The notes under the pieces: generated by a model
The model's input: the letters and a program-made list of their open reading frames with translations, nothing else
Database searches by the model: none
Told to the model about the DNA's origin: nothing
Assembly (NCBI GenBank): GCA_017479185.1
Contig: JAFVCP010000024.1
Span: 1-50,820, forward strand
DNA length: 50,820 bases
Direction: 5' to 3'
Source: Clostridia bacterium
GTDB taxonomy: Bacteria > Bacillota > Clostridia > Christensenellales > Borkfalkiaceae
Program-made: the position numbers and the translations under genes
Shown: positions 1 through 8,213 of the stretch, piece after piece
Position numbering within the stretch: the stretch's first letter is position 1
How the letters are laid out: every line of letters begins with the position of its first letter

Positions 1-47
1 AAAATATCTTCGACGTTTTGCTTAAATACCTTATCAGCGTAACTCAT
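1..47 (-). CDS. 5' end of a CDS running off the left edge (MSYADKVFKQNVEDI...)
   Basis: ATG at 45-47 (minus strand) with GGAG at 55-58. Only 15 codons are visible, so no product can be assigned. Confidence 0.4.
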   Translation of the reverse strand, partial: MSYADKVFKQNVEDI

Positions 48-80
48 TGTTTTTCTCCTTACCGCTTTTGCGGATACGTT

Positions 81-995
81 TTATTTTTTTAGTTTATGCT
101 CGAAATCGTTCTTTGTTGCGACGAAGTTCCCGACTATCTCGTTTACCGACGAAAGATAGGTAAAAGTTTCGGGATATTTTTTTACTATTTTTTCAAATTC
201 GGCGATCTGACTCTTGCCGACCACGCAAATCAACAGACTCTTTTCGGAATGGGAAAACATACCGACCGCCTTGACTACGGTTGCCGTATGATTAAGTTTC
301 GCTATTATTTCATCGGAGATCTCGTCGGGATGAGAGGTTACCACCTCGAATTTCAAAGCCGATTTACCGCCCTTTAAAATAATATCTCCGATTTTTGACG
401 TCGTAAACGAATAAGCGAGGCACAACACGACGGAATCTATATCTCCGAATTCAAACAGCGAAAGAACTGCGACTATACTGTTTAAGGAGAATATTACCCA
501 TAGCATATTGAGATAAGGCTTTTTTATTCTGACTATACTCGCTATGACGTCGGTTCCGCCCGTGCAACCGTTATTTCTTATGGTAACGCCGTATACGGCG
601 CCGTTTATTATTCCCGAAACGACGGGGGCAAGCAATTTGCTCCATTCCGAATTATAATAATAATTGAGGTCGATAAACCCGTAATCGTCGTATTTTCCGT
701 TTTTCAAAATAAGCGTCGCAAACGAAAATATCGCCACGAATATTCCCGTTCTGACCGCAAAATTTCTATCGACGATAAAAAACGCCACTATAATCAAAGG
801 AACGTTTATGATTATCGACATATACCCGACGGAAAAATTAAAACGGTGTTGTATAATTGTCGAAATACCGTTGATTCCGGCGGGAGCGAAAGCGTTTGGG
901 AAAATAAAAATTTCGTAATTCAGCGCCATAACGAGCGCCCCGATAACTATAAGAGCGTAACTTTCGACGTCTTTTAAGCTAAAAGGCTTTTTCAT
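81..995 (-). CDS. YitT-family membrane protein (multi-TM N-terminal half plus DUF2179-like C-terminal domain)
   Basis: 304-aa ORF. The N-terminal half is hydrophobic and the C-terminal domain looks soluble, as in YitT-family proteins. Its ATG directly abuts the stop of the upstream small ORF (TGAATG). Confidence 0.75.
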   Translation of the reverse strand: MKKPFSLKDVESYALIVIGALVMALNYEIFIFPNAFAPAGINGISTIIQHRFNFSVGYMSIIINVPLIIVAFFIVDRNFAVRTGIFVAIFSFATLILKNGKYDDYGFIDLNYYYNSEWSKLLAPVVSGIINGAVYGVTIRNNGCTGGTDVIASIVRIKKPYLNMLWVIFSLNSIVAVLSLFEFGDIDSVVLCLAYSFTTSKIGDIILKGGKSALKFEVVTSHPDEISDEIIAKLNHTATVVKAVGMFSHSEKSLLICVVGKSQIAEFEKIVKKYPETFTYLSSVNEIVGNFVATKNDFEHKLKK

Positions 996-1175
996 TCAGT
1001 TCTTGTCCTTTTTATCTATCGGCTTGCCGTAATTTTCATCGAGTTGGACCCGAAGATTTCCGACGACGCTGTCTATATATTCTCTCCGAAGTTTAGCCTG
1101 TTCGATTTTTTCTTCTTCCGTAAGACCTTCTTCTCGTTGTTTTTTCGCTAAAAAGTTTATTCTTTCGATATTCAT
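996..1175 (-). CDS. DUF896/UPF0291-type small protein (59 aa)
   Basis: Translated by hand: [59 protein letters not shown]. It is below the ORF-track cutoff. Its ATG overlaps the pheT stop (TAATG). Confidence 0.7.
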   Translation of the reverse strand: MNIERINFLAKKQREEGLTEEEKIEQAKLRREYIDSVVGNLRVQLDENYGKPIDKKDKN

Positions 1176-3559
1176 TATCTTAATTCCGCATTATACTTAA
1201 ATTTGAGCGCGCCGAGAATTTTCTTGACCGTCTTATCCACGTCCTCTGCGGTAAGTTGCTTTTCGTCCGACGAGAAAGTAAGCGTATACGCCATACTCTT
1301 TTTGCCGTCGCCGACTTGCGCTCCTTCGTAGACGTCGAAAAGTTCCGCCTTTTTGACTTCCCCTTTCGCCGCCGAAATTATCGCCTGCTCGATCTCTCCG
1401 CAAGTCGTCGCTTTATCGCATACTATAGCGAGATCTCTTATTACGTCGTTGTACTGCGAGATGGGCTTGAACTTAAACTGAACGTCGAATTTCTTTTCGA
1501 GCGCGGTATAATTTATTTCGCAAACGTAAACGTCCTTCTCTATATCGAACGCCGCCGCCGTTTCGTAGGCGACTTTACCGAAAAAGCCTATTTCCTCTCC
1601 GTCCGACAGTATTTTGGCGGAAACGCCGGGGTGGAGATAACTCTTTTCGGCGCGTTCGCTCGCGTCGAATTTAATGCCGAACGCTTCGGCAAGCGTTTCC
1701 ACGACGCCCTTTACGGTAAAGAAATCGTCGTTTTTACCGAAAGCGATAAGGCACAACTTCTTTTCTTCGGTCGGGAAAGAGTCCGTCGGGATATAAGTCC
1801 TCGCGATCTCGAAAAATCTTCCCTCTTCAGCGCCTCTTTTCATATTGAGCGACGCGACGGCGAGCAGAGAAGGAACCAACGTTCTTCTCATTACTTCGTA
1901 GTTGTCGCTTATCGGGTTTTCGATGATTATCGTATTTTTCTCTTCCGCTCCGTCGGGAAGGCAAAGCGCTTCGACGTATTTTTTCGAATAGAACGAATAG
2001 GTCATAGCCTCGTTATATCCGAGTCCCGCAAGAGTTCTCTTGACCTTTAATTCGTCTTTCTGCGATTTATCGTACCCGCCGGCGGTTATCGTCGCGTCTT
2101 TTAAAAGAGTGGGAACTATATGCTCGTATCCGTATACCCTTATAACCTCTTCCGCAAGATCGGCGTATCCCTCGACGTCCTCTCTGTACGGGGGCGCGAC
2201 GGTGGTTATTTTTTCTCCTTCGACTTTAACTTCGAAATTGAGTTTTTTAAGTATACCCACGACGGTTTCCTCGGGTACTTCTATTCCCAAAACGCCGTTG
2301 ATAGCGGAAAAGGTAGTGCTGACGCTCTTATTCTCCTGCTGTTTATGCGCGGAAACGTCGATATGCGTTTTGGTAACTTTACCGGCGTCTAATTGTTCTA
2401 TAAGATGAAGGGCCCTCTTTATCGCCCTTTCGGTCGTATATTCGTCGACGCCTTTTTCGTATCTCTTCGACGAATCGCTGCTCTTTCCGAGTTTCCTCGA
2501 CGAACGCCTTATATTATCTCTCTTGAATTTTGCGCATTCGAACAAAACGTCCTTGGTCGTCTGCTTTATCTCGCTGTTAAGTCCGCCCATTATGCCCGCG
2601 AGAGCGACCGGTTTCGCCCCGTCGCATATAAGCAGGTTCTCGCCGTTTAAAGTCAATTCCTTTTCGTCGAGAGTTACTATCTTTTCGCCCTCTTTCGCCC
2701 TGCGGACTATTATGCTCTTCTTTTCGAGGTCGTTTTTATCGAAAGCGTGCATAGGTTGTCCCATTTCGAGCAGGACGTAATTGGTTATATCGACTATTTT
2801 ATTTATCGAATTGATACCGCAAAGGGCAAGCCTTCTCGTAAGCCACGCGGGAGATCTATCCGTCTTAACATCTTTTACGAGATGAGCGATATATCTCGGA
2901 CAAAGTTCGGGTTCCTCGACGGTAACGCTTATCTCGTCGTCCCCCTCTTCGCTCGCCGTAAACGAAAGATCGGGTTCTTTATAGGGTTTATCGAGCGCGC
3001 AGGCTATCTCCCTCGCGATACCCGCCACGCTTTGACAATCGGGGCGGTTCGCAAGCACGGATATATCGAAAACGTAATCTTTAAGCCCGAGGAGATCTCT
3101 CACTTCCTCTCCGAGGGGAAAATCGTCGTGGAATATAAGCACGCTGTCCCCCGAAGCACCTTCGTAAAAATTATCGTCTATTCCTATCTCCTCTCCGCCG
3201 CAGAACATTCCGAAAGAGTCTTCTCCGCGAAGTTTTCCGTTATATATCCTGTCGCCCGTCGCGAGAGTCGCTCCGTCGACGGCGACGGGAACTATATCTC
3301 CTACTTTTACGTTAGTCGCGTTGGTTATTATCTGCAAACTTCCGTATTTCCCCGCGTCTACCTGACAAATTCTCAATCTTTCGGCGTTAGGGTGTTGTGT
3401 TATTTCCTTTATTTTACAAGTTACTACTTTATCTATTTTATCGCCGTAAGCGATCACCTGTTCGACCTCGAAGCCGCAATCGAACAATTTTTTTTCGAGT
3501 TCTTCCGGCGTTACGTCTATTTCTACGAAATCTTTAAGCCAACTTAAAGGCGCGTTCAT
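1175..3559 (-). CDS. pheT: phenylalanine--tRNA ligase beta subunit
   Basis: 794-aa ORF immediately downstream of pheS, with the bacterial PheT length and domain order (N-terminal tRNA-binding OB region, B3/4, B5, C-terminal anticodon-binding-like part). Confidence 0.95.
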   Translation of the reverse strand: MNAPLSWLKDFVEIDVTPEELEKKLFDCGFEVEQVIAYGDKIDKVVTCKIKEITQHPNAERLRICQVDAGKYGSLQIITNATNVKVGDIVPVAVDGATLATGDRIYNGKLRGEDSFGMFCGGEEIGIDDNFYEGASGDSVLIFHDDFPLGEEVRDLLGLKDYVFDISVLANRPDCQSVAGIAREIACALDKPYKEPDLSFTASEEGDDEISVTVEEPELCPRYIAHLVKDVKTDRSPAWLTRRLALCGINSINKIVDITNYVLLEMGQPMHAFDKNDLEKKSIIVRRAKEGEKIVTLDEKELTLNGENLLICDGAKPVALAGIMGGLNSEIKQTTKDVLFECAKFKRDNIRRSSRKLGKSSDSSKRYEKGVDEYTTERAIKRALHLIEQLDAGKVTKTHIDVSAHKQQENKSVSTTFSAINGVLGIEVPEETVVGILKKLNFEVKVEGEKITTVAPPYREDVEGYADLAEEVIRVYGYEHIVPTLLKDATITAGGYDKSQKDELKVKRTLAGLGYNEAMTYSFYSKKYVEALCLPDGAEEKNTIIIENPISDNYEVMRRTLVPSLLAVASLNMKRGAEEGRFFEIARTYIPTDSFPTEEKKLCLIAFGKNDDFFTVKGVVETLAEAFGIKFDASERAEKSYLHPGVSAKILSDGEEIGFFGKVAYETAAAFDIEKDVYVCEINYTALEKKFDVQFKFKPISQYNDVIRDLAIVCDKATTCGEIEQAIISAAKGEVKKAELFDVYEGAQVGDGKKSMAYTLTFSSDEKQLTAEDVDKTVKKILGALKFKYNAELR

Positions 3560-3573
3560 ATCCTTTTCTCCTT

Positions 3574-4599
3574 TTAATCCTTGAATTGTCCGAGCGCGCG
3601 AGCGTCGTCTTCGTATAAAACGTGGATATTGTTGATCCCGTTTTTAAGCATCGCTATTCTGTCAAGCCCTAAACCGAAGGCAAATCCCGTGTACTTTTCC
3701 GGATCGACTCCGCAATTTTCCAAAACCTTTCTGTTTACGATGCCGCCGCCTAAGATTTCTATCCAACCCGTTCCCTTACAGAGTTTACAGCCCTTTCCGC
3801 CGCATTCGAAACAACTGACGTCGACCTCGACGGAAGGCTCCGTAAACGGAAAGAAGGAAGGACGAAATCTCGTTTTCGCCGAAGATGAAAACATTTTCTT
3901 TACGAGAACGTCGAGCATTCCCTGAAGGTCGCACATAGTTATCTTTTCGTCGATGGCAAGCCCTTCCATCTGGTGGAACATAGGTGAATGCGTCGCGTCG
4001 TCGTCCGAACGGTATACCCTTCCCGGAACGAGGACTTTAAAGGGCGGTTTAAGGGTTTTCAGACTGTGTATCTGCCCCGGAGAAGTATGCGTGCGAAGCA
4101 TAAGGTCGTCGTTGATATAAAAAGTATCCTGCTTGTCCCTCGCCGGATGCTCTTCGGGGGTATTGAGAGCCGTAAAATTGTGGAAATCGTCCTCGATCTC
4201 CCTCGTTTCGACTACCGAGAAACCCATTCCCGCAAAAATATCCACGAGTTGGTTTTTTACAATCGTAACGGGGTGCAAAGTTCCCGTTTTCGTCCTTTTA
4301 GACGGTCTGGTAATATCTATGGTTTCGGCTTCGTATCTCGCCTTTTTCTCCATTTCGGCTATATACGCTTCTCTCTCCGCTATCGTCTGGTTAGCCCAAT
4401 CTTTCAGCCCGTTTATTATTTGCCCGAGTTTCGGTCTGTCCTCTTTGGACGCCTTTCCGAGTTCTTTCATAAGCGAAGGGATCTCTCCCGTCTTGCCGAT
4501 GACGTACTTGACTTTAAGTTCGTATAAAAGCCTGCTCGTCTTTATTTCGGCAAGTTCTTTTTTTAATCTTTCTTTTATGTCGGCGATCTTGTTTTCCAT
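3574..4599 (-). CDS. pheS: phenylalanine--tRNA ligase alpha subunit
   Basis: 341 aa with class II aaRS motifs (FRPSFFPFTEPS, GFAFGLGLDRIAML). Confidence 0.95.
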   Translation of the reverse strand: MENKIADIKERLKKELAEIKTSRLLYELKVKYVIGKTGEIPSLMKELGKASKEDRPKLGQIINGLKDWANQTIAEREAYIAEMEKKARYEAETIDITRPSKRTKTGTLHPVTIVKNQLVDIFAGMGFSVVETREIEDDFHNFTALNTPEEHPARDKQDTFYINDDLMLRTHTSPGQIHSLKTLKPPFKVLVPGRVYRSDDDATHSPMFHQMEGLAIDEKITMCDLQGMLDVLVKKMFSSSAKTRFRPSFFPFTEPSVEVDVSCFECGGKGCKLCKGTGWIEILGGGIVNRKVLENCGVDPEKYTGFAFGLGLDRIAMLKNGINNIHVLYEDDARALGQFKD

Positions 4600-4630
4600 A
4601 AGCCTGCTCCTATTTTAAAGGGTTTAATAA

Positions 4631-4660
4631 AGTATAACACAAATAGTTTTTGATTGTCAA
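4631..4660 (-). promoter_or_regulatory. sigma-70-type promoter for pheS
   Basis: On the minus strand: TTGACA (4655-4660), an 18-nt spacer, then TATACT (4631-4636), about 30 nt upstream of the pheS ATG. Confidence 0.5.
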
Positions 4661-4697
4661 TTTTTGTCAACTTCTTTTGCGTTTTTTTTATAGTTTT

Positions 4698-4720
4698 AAA
4701 GGCCTCGCGAAGAGACCTTT
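4698..4720 (-). terminator. hairpin after the rubredoxin gene
   Basis: AAAGGUCUC/GAGGCCUUU stem. It has one G-U wobble on the minus strand but a C-A mismatch on the plus strand. No clean U-tract follows on the minus strand. Confidence 0.35.
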
Positions 4721-4751
4721 ATTTTTCGGTTGAAAATTTCGTCGGGCTTTC

Positions 4752-4907
4752 TTACTGCTCTTCGAAAGAATCTTTGCCTACTCCGCAAAGGGGGCAAGCG
4801 AAATCTTCGGGAATGTCTTCGAATTTGGTTCCCGGAGCGATACCGTTATCGGGATCTCCCGTTTCCTCGTCGTAGACGTATCCGCATACTTGACAAACGT
4901 ATTTCAT
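4752..4907 (-). CDS. rubredoxin (51 aa)
   Basis: Translated by hand: [51 protein letters not shown]. It has two CxxCG knuckles and an AGGAGG SD upstream. It is below the ORF-track cutoff. Confidence 0.9.
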   Translation of the reverse strand: MKYVCQVCGYVYDEETGDPDNGIAPGTKFEDIPEDFACPLCGVGKDSFEEQ

Positions 4908-4925
4908 TTTTTTATCCTCCTGATT

Positions 4926-5486
4926 TTATTTTAATTTTAATCCGTCCTTAAACGCGTTTCCCACCTTTTCTCCCAAAACGAGATAAGCGTTATTTACGGG
5001 GTCGAAAGTTATGGGACGGAGCAAAGAAGGATCTATTTTACCGTTTTCTCCGATCACGCTTTCGTCCGCTCCCACGTTGACTATTTCTCCGAACAAAAGC
5101 CCCGTCGACTCGTCGTAAGAAATCAAATTACAGTCGAGAGCCATCGGAAGTTGATCTATTACGGGCGCGTCGACGAATTGACTTTTCGTCGTCGTAAATC
5201 CCGCCCTGTCAAGTTTATCGGCGACTTTATTGGCGGACTCTATTCCGACGTAATCGCACTCCGCCACTTTATCCGCCGTCGCCATACTTACCGTAAACGC
5301 CTTCTTCGCCAAAACGTTCTTTACCGTTTTATGATAAGAACTTAAACACATTACTATTTGATTTTCGTCCGCTATTCCGCCCCAAGCCGCGTTCATCGCG
5401 TCCGCCTTACCGTTTTCGTCGTAAGTCGCGATAATAAACACCGGCTGAGGATAGGTTATAGGTTTCGCTCCGAAATTCTTTCTCAT
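4926..5486 (-). CDS. flavin reductase-like (flavoredoxin-type) FMN-binding protein
   Basis: 186 aa. The N-terminal pattern PVFIIATYDENGKADAMNAAWGG is typical of the flavin reductase-like domain. SD is AAGGAGA. Confidence 0.7.
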   Translation of the reverse strand: MRKNFGAKPITYPQPVFIIATYDENGKADAMNAAWGGIADENQIVMCLSSYHKTVKNVLAKKAFTVSMATADKVAECDYVGIESANKVADKLDRAGFTTTKSQFVDAPVIDQLPMALDCNLISYDESTGLLFGEIVNVGADESVIGENGKIDPSLLRPITFDPVNNAYLVLGEKVGNAFKDGLKLK

Positions 5487-5514
5487 ATCAGATCTCCTTT
5501 TTCTTCTTTATTAT

Positions 5515-5543
5515 ATTTTACATTTTTACTCGATAAAAATCAA
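5515..5543 (-). promoter_or_regulatory. candidate promoter of the flavin reductase-rubredoxin operon
   Basis: On the minus strand: TTGATT (5538-5543), a 17-nt spacer, then TAAAAT (5515-5520). Confidence 0.4.
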
Positions 5544-5574
5544 GCGATTATGAGATTTTCTTGCGTAAAATGAC

Positions 5575-5610
5575 AAATCGGTCGCAGAACTGACAAACTG
5601 CAACCGATTT
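5575..5610 (-). terminator. intrinsic terminator downstream of the DtxR-family gene
   Basis: 13-bp stem (AAAUCGGUUGCAG / CUGCGACCGAUUU). It has a G-U wobble on the minus strand only and is followed by GUCAUUUUAC. Confidence 0.55.
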
Positions 5611-5620
5611 TATGAAGAGT

Positions 5621-5639
5621 TTTAGTTAGTATAAACTAA
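5621..5639. promoter_or_regulatory. DtxR/IdeR-box-like palindrome
   Basis: TTTAGTTAGTATAAACTAA, with inverted arms TTAGTT and AACTAA. By eye it matches 14 of 19 positions of the remembered TTAGGTTAGCCTAACCTAA consensus. Confidence 0.35.
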
Positions 5640-5678
5640 TATCAAGCGAGCCGAAAATTTGTTTCGGGCGGGCGCGTT

Positions 5679-6050
5679 TTAGTTTTTACGCTCGCTCCAA
5701 AACTTTTTCAGAACTTCAAAAAGTTCGTCCGAAACCACGTGCTCCATTCTGCAAGCGTTTTCCTCGGCTATGTCCGAAGGGGCGCCGACCATTTTTAACA
5801 AGTCGGTCAGAACGCAATGCCTTTCGTAGGTGCTTTCCGCCCTCTCTCTGCCTTTTTCGGTAAACTCTATTTCGTTCGCCTTATTAAGGTAGATATAACC
5901 GTCGGCTTGCATCTTCTTTACGGCGTTGGACACGCTCGGTCTTGAAAACCCGAGTTCGGTCGCAACGTCCGTCGCTTTTACCCTGGCGCCTCGCCTGTGC
6001 AGAAGCAATATGGTTTCGAGATACATTTCCTTGGATTCGGAATTATTCAT
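5679..6050 (-). CDS. DtxR/MntR-family metal-dependent transcriptional regulator
   Basis: Winged-helix N-terminus (VATELGFSRPSVSNAVKKMQADGYI) plus a dimerisation/metal domain (ERHCVLTDLL...ACRMEHV). I chose the start at MNNSESK (GGAGGG SD). The ORF track extends to 6086. Confidence 0.8.
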   Translation of the reverse strand: MNNSESKEMYLETILLLHRRGARVKATDVATELGFSRPSVSNAVKKMQADGYIYLNKANEIEFTEKGRERAESTYERHCVLTDLLKMVGAPSDIAEENACRMEHVVSDELFEVLKKFWSERKN

Positions 6051-6114
6051 ATACCCTCCGCCATCATTGTTAGCGTATGCTGACAAGTTTATTTTAACAG
6101 ATATTTTTATATTT

Positions 6115-8127
6115 TTAATTGAGCGCCACGTCCTTTAATTTTTCGTATTTTTCCATAGCGACGCTCTTTATCGACGAAATATAGTCGGGAAGCCCGAACG
6201 CTTCGTCGCAAAGCCGTTTAGCGAAGAATATAACGGACGGAGAATAGACGAGCGAGCCGAGATCGTTCATAAATCTTCCGCTTTGTCTCGTACCCATAAA
6301 ATCGCCGCCGCCTCTCGTTTCGAAATCCTTTTCGGCGATAGCGAATCCGTCCGAATTTTCACACATTATTTTAAGTCTTTCGATCGCTTTTTCGTCGGTC
6401 GTACCCGTATAGAGAAAACAGTAACTTTTATCTCCGCCTCTGCCTACCCTTCCGCGAAGTTGGTGAAGTTGTGAAAGACCGAATCTCTCGGCGTTATAAA
6501 TGACCATAACCGTCGCGTTGGGAACGTCTATTCCGACCTCTACGACAGTCGTGGAAACGAGAAGATCGAATTTCTTGTCCTTAAAATCCTGCATTACGGC
6601 AGCCTTTTCGGCGTCTTTCATCTTCCCGTGAAGAAGAGCCGTCCTAACTCCCGTAAGCCTCGAAGTCAATTCTTCGTAAAGTTCGGTAACGCTCATAAGC
6701 GTACCTTCTTCGTCCTCTTCTATCTTCGGACAAACGCAGAACGCTTGTCTGCCGCTTTTTACCGTATCTCTTATAAATCCGAGCATATTGTCGTACTTGA
6801 TCTCGGGAACTATATTCGTCTGTACTTTTTGCCTCGATTTGGGTTTGTCCTTTATTTCGGTTATGTCGAGATCGCCGTAAAATATAAGAGAAATGGTTCT
6901 CGGTATCGGCGTTGCGCTCATTACGAGTACGTCCGGGATCATTCCCTTCGCGACCAACGCGCTTCTTTGCTGAACGCCGAAACGGTGTTGTTCGTCGCAT
7001 ACGCACACCGACAAATTATAAAATTCCACGTCGCCGGATAAAACCGCGTGAGTTCCGACTGCGATCTTCGCCTCTCCGCTTTTGAGTTTCGCCTTTATCT
7101 CTCTCTTTTCGGCAGTCTTTAAACTGCCGCTTAAAAACACTACTTCGTACTCGGGGAAAAGCCTCTTGACTATATTATAATTCTGTTCGGCAAGGATCTC
7201 GGTCGGGGCGAGCATCGCTCCCTGATAGCCGCTTTTTACCGCTATATATAAAGCGCAAAGCGCGACGGCGGTCTTTCCGCTTCCGACGTCCCCCTGCAAA
7301 AGTCTGTTCATAGAACTGTTTCCCGTCATATCGGAATAAATTTCGTTTACCGCTTTTTTTTGCCCTTCGGTAAACTCGAACCCGAAACGCTCGGTAAAGG
7401 CGCGAAGATCTTCCGCTTTCGTCGCGTATTGATTGATCCTTATCTGTCTGCGATCTCCCTTTATGAATTTAAACGCCGAGATGAGCAAAAAATACTCTTC
7501 TGTCGCAATTCTTTCCGACGCCGTCTTTTTAGCCTGCATCGACGACGGAGAATGAGCCTCGCGATAAGCCGCTCCGAGATCGGAAAGCGAATATTTTTTC
7601 CTCAAAGCGGCGGGGATGTTATCCTTTATTTCGGTTTTTATAAGCGCGTTCGCGATACAATCCCTGACGACTTTTTGCGTCAGATTGCCTTTAAGCGAAT
7701 AAACGGGAACGATCCCTTTAAGCCTTACGTTATTGTCCACCCGTTCAAATGACGGACTGCTCATCGTTATTCCGCCGAAATCTATCTTTATTCTGCCGTA
7801 AAAAAGATAGTCTTCGCCCGGTTTTAACTGTTTTACGACGTAAGGCTGATTAAACCAGATAACGCTGAAACGCCTGCCGTTTTGTTCGACTACCGCCGTA
7901 ACGCACTTTATTCTCCGAGCGGAAACGAAAGTCCTCGGCGCGGTCATCAACCTGCCGTAAGTCAAAACGACGTCGTTGTTATAACAATTTTCAAGTGGCG
8001 TAACGTCGGTAAGATCGAGATAATTGCGAGGAAAATGTCTGATAAGGTCCTCTGCCGAAAATATCCCCATCTTGTTGAAATCGCTTTCTCTTTTATCGCT
8101 CACGCCTTTTATTTCTTTCAATTCCAT
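6115..8127 (-). CDS. recG: ATP-dependent DNA helicase RecG
   Basis: 670 aa with Walker A GDVGSGKT, DEQH box (CDEQHRFG), SATPIPRT, and an N-terminal wedge/OB region. Confidence 0.95.
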   Translation of the reverse strand: MELKEIKGVSDKRESDFNKMGIFSAEDLIRHFPRNYLDLTDVTPLENCYNNDVVLTYGRLMTAPRTFVSARRIKCVTAVVEQNGRRFSVIWFNQPYVVKQLKPGEDYLFYGRIKIDFGGITMSSPSFERVDNNVRLKGIVPVYSLKGNLTQKVVRDCIANALIKTEIKDNIPAALRKKYSLSDLGAAYREAHSPSSMQAKKTASERIATEEYFLLISAFKFIKGDRRQIRINQYATKAEDLRAFTERFGFEFTEGQKKAVNEIYSDMTGNSSMNRLLQGDVGSGKTAVALCALYIAVKSGYQGAMLAPTEILAEQNYNIVKRLFPEYEVVFLSGSLKTAEKREIKAKLKSGEAKIAVGTHAVLSGDVEFYNLSVCVCDEQHRFGVQQRSALVAKGMIPDVLVMSATPIPRTISLIFYGDLDITEIKDKPKSRQKVQTNIVPEIKYDNMLGFIRDTVKSGRQAFCVCPKIEEDEEGTLMSVTELYEELTSRLTGVRTALLHGKMKDAEKAAVMQDFKDKKFDLLVSTTVVEVGIDVPNATVMVIYNAERFGLSQLHQLRGRVGRGGDKSYCFLYTGTTDEKAIERLKIMCENSDGFAIAEKDFETRGGGDFMGTRQSGRFMNDLGSLVYSPSVIFFAKRLCDEAFGLPDYISSIKSVAMEKYEKLKDVALN

Positions 8128-8168
8128 ATTTCAAATTTTTAGCCCGCGTTTTTAAAGCGGTACGATAC

Positions 8169-8207
8169 GGGCGCGGCGAAAGTCTTTCGCCGCGCCCGAA
8201 ATTTTTT
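8169..8207 (+). terminator. GC-rich hairpin whose T-tract is on the plus strand only
   Basis: GGGCGCGGCGAAAG-t-CTTTCGCCGCGCCC followed by GAAATTTTTT. It lies between two minus-strand genes. Confidence 0.4.
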
Positions 8208-8213
8208 AGTCTT

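Noticed and set aside
4600-4751. T-box riboswitch upstream of pheS
   Set aside because: Only ~150 nt are available, and they are occupied by the rubredoxin hairpin and a promoter about 30 nt from the ATG. I see no specifier-loop or T-box (AGGGUGGNACCGCG-like) sequence.
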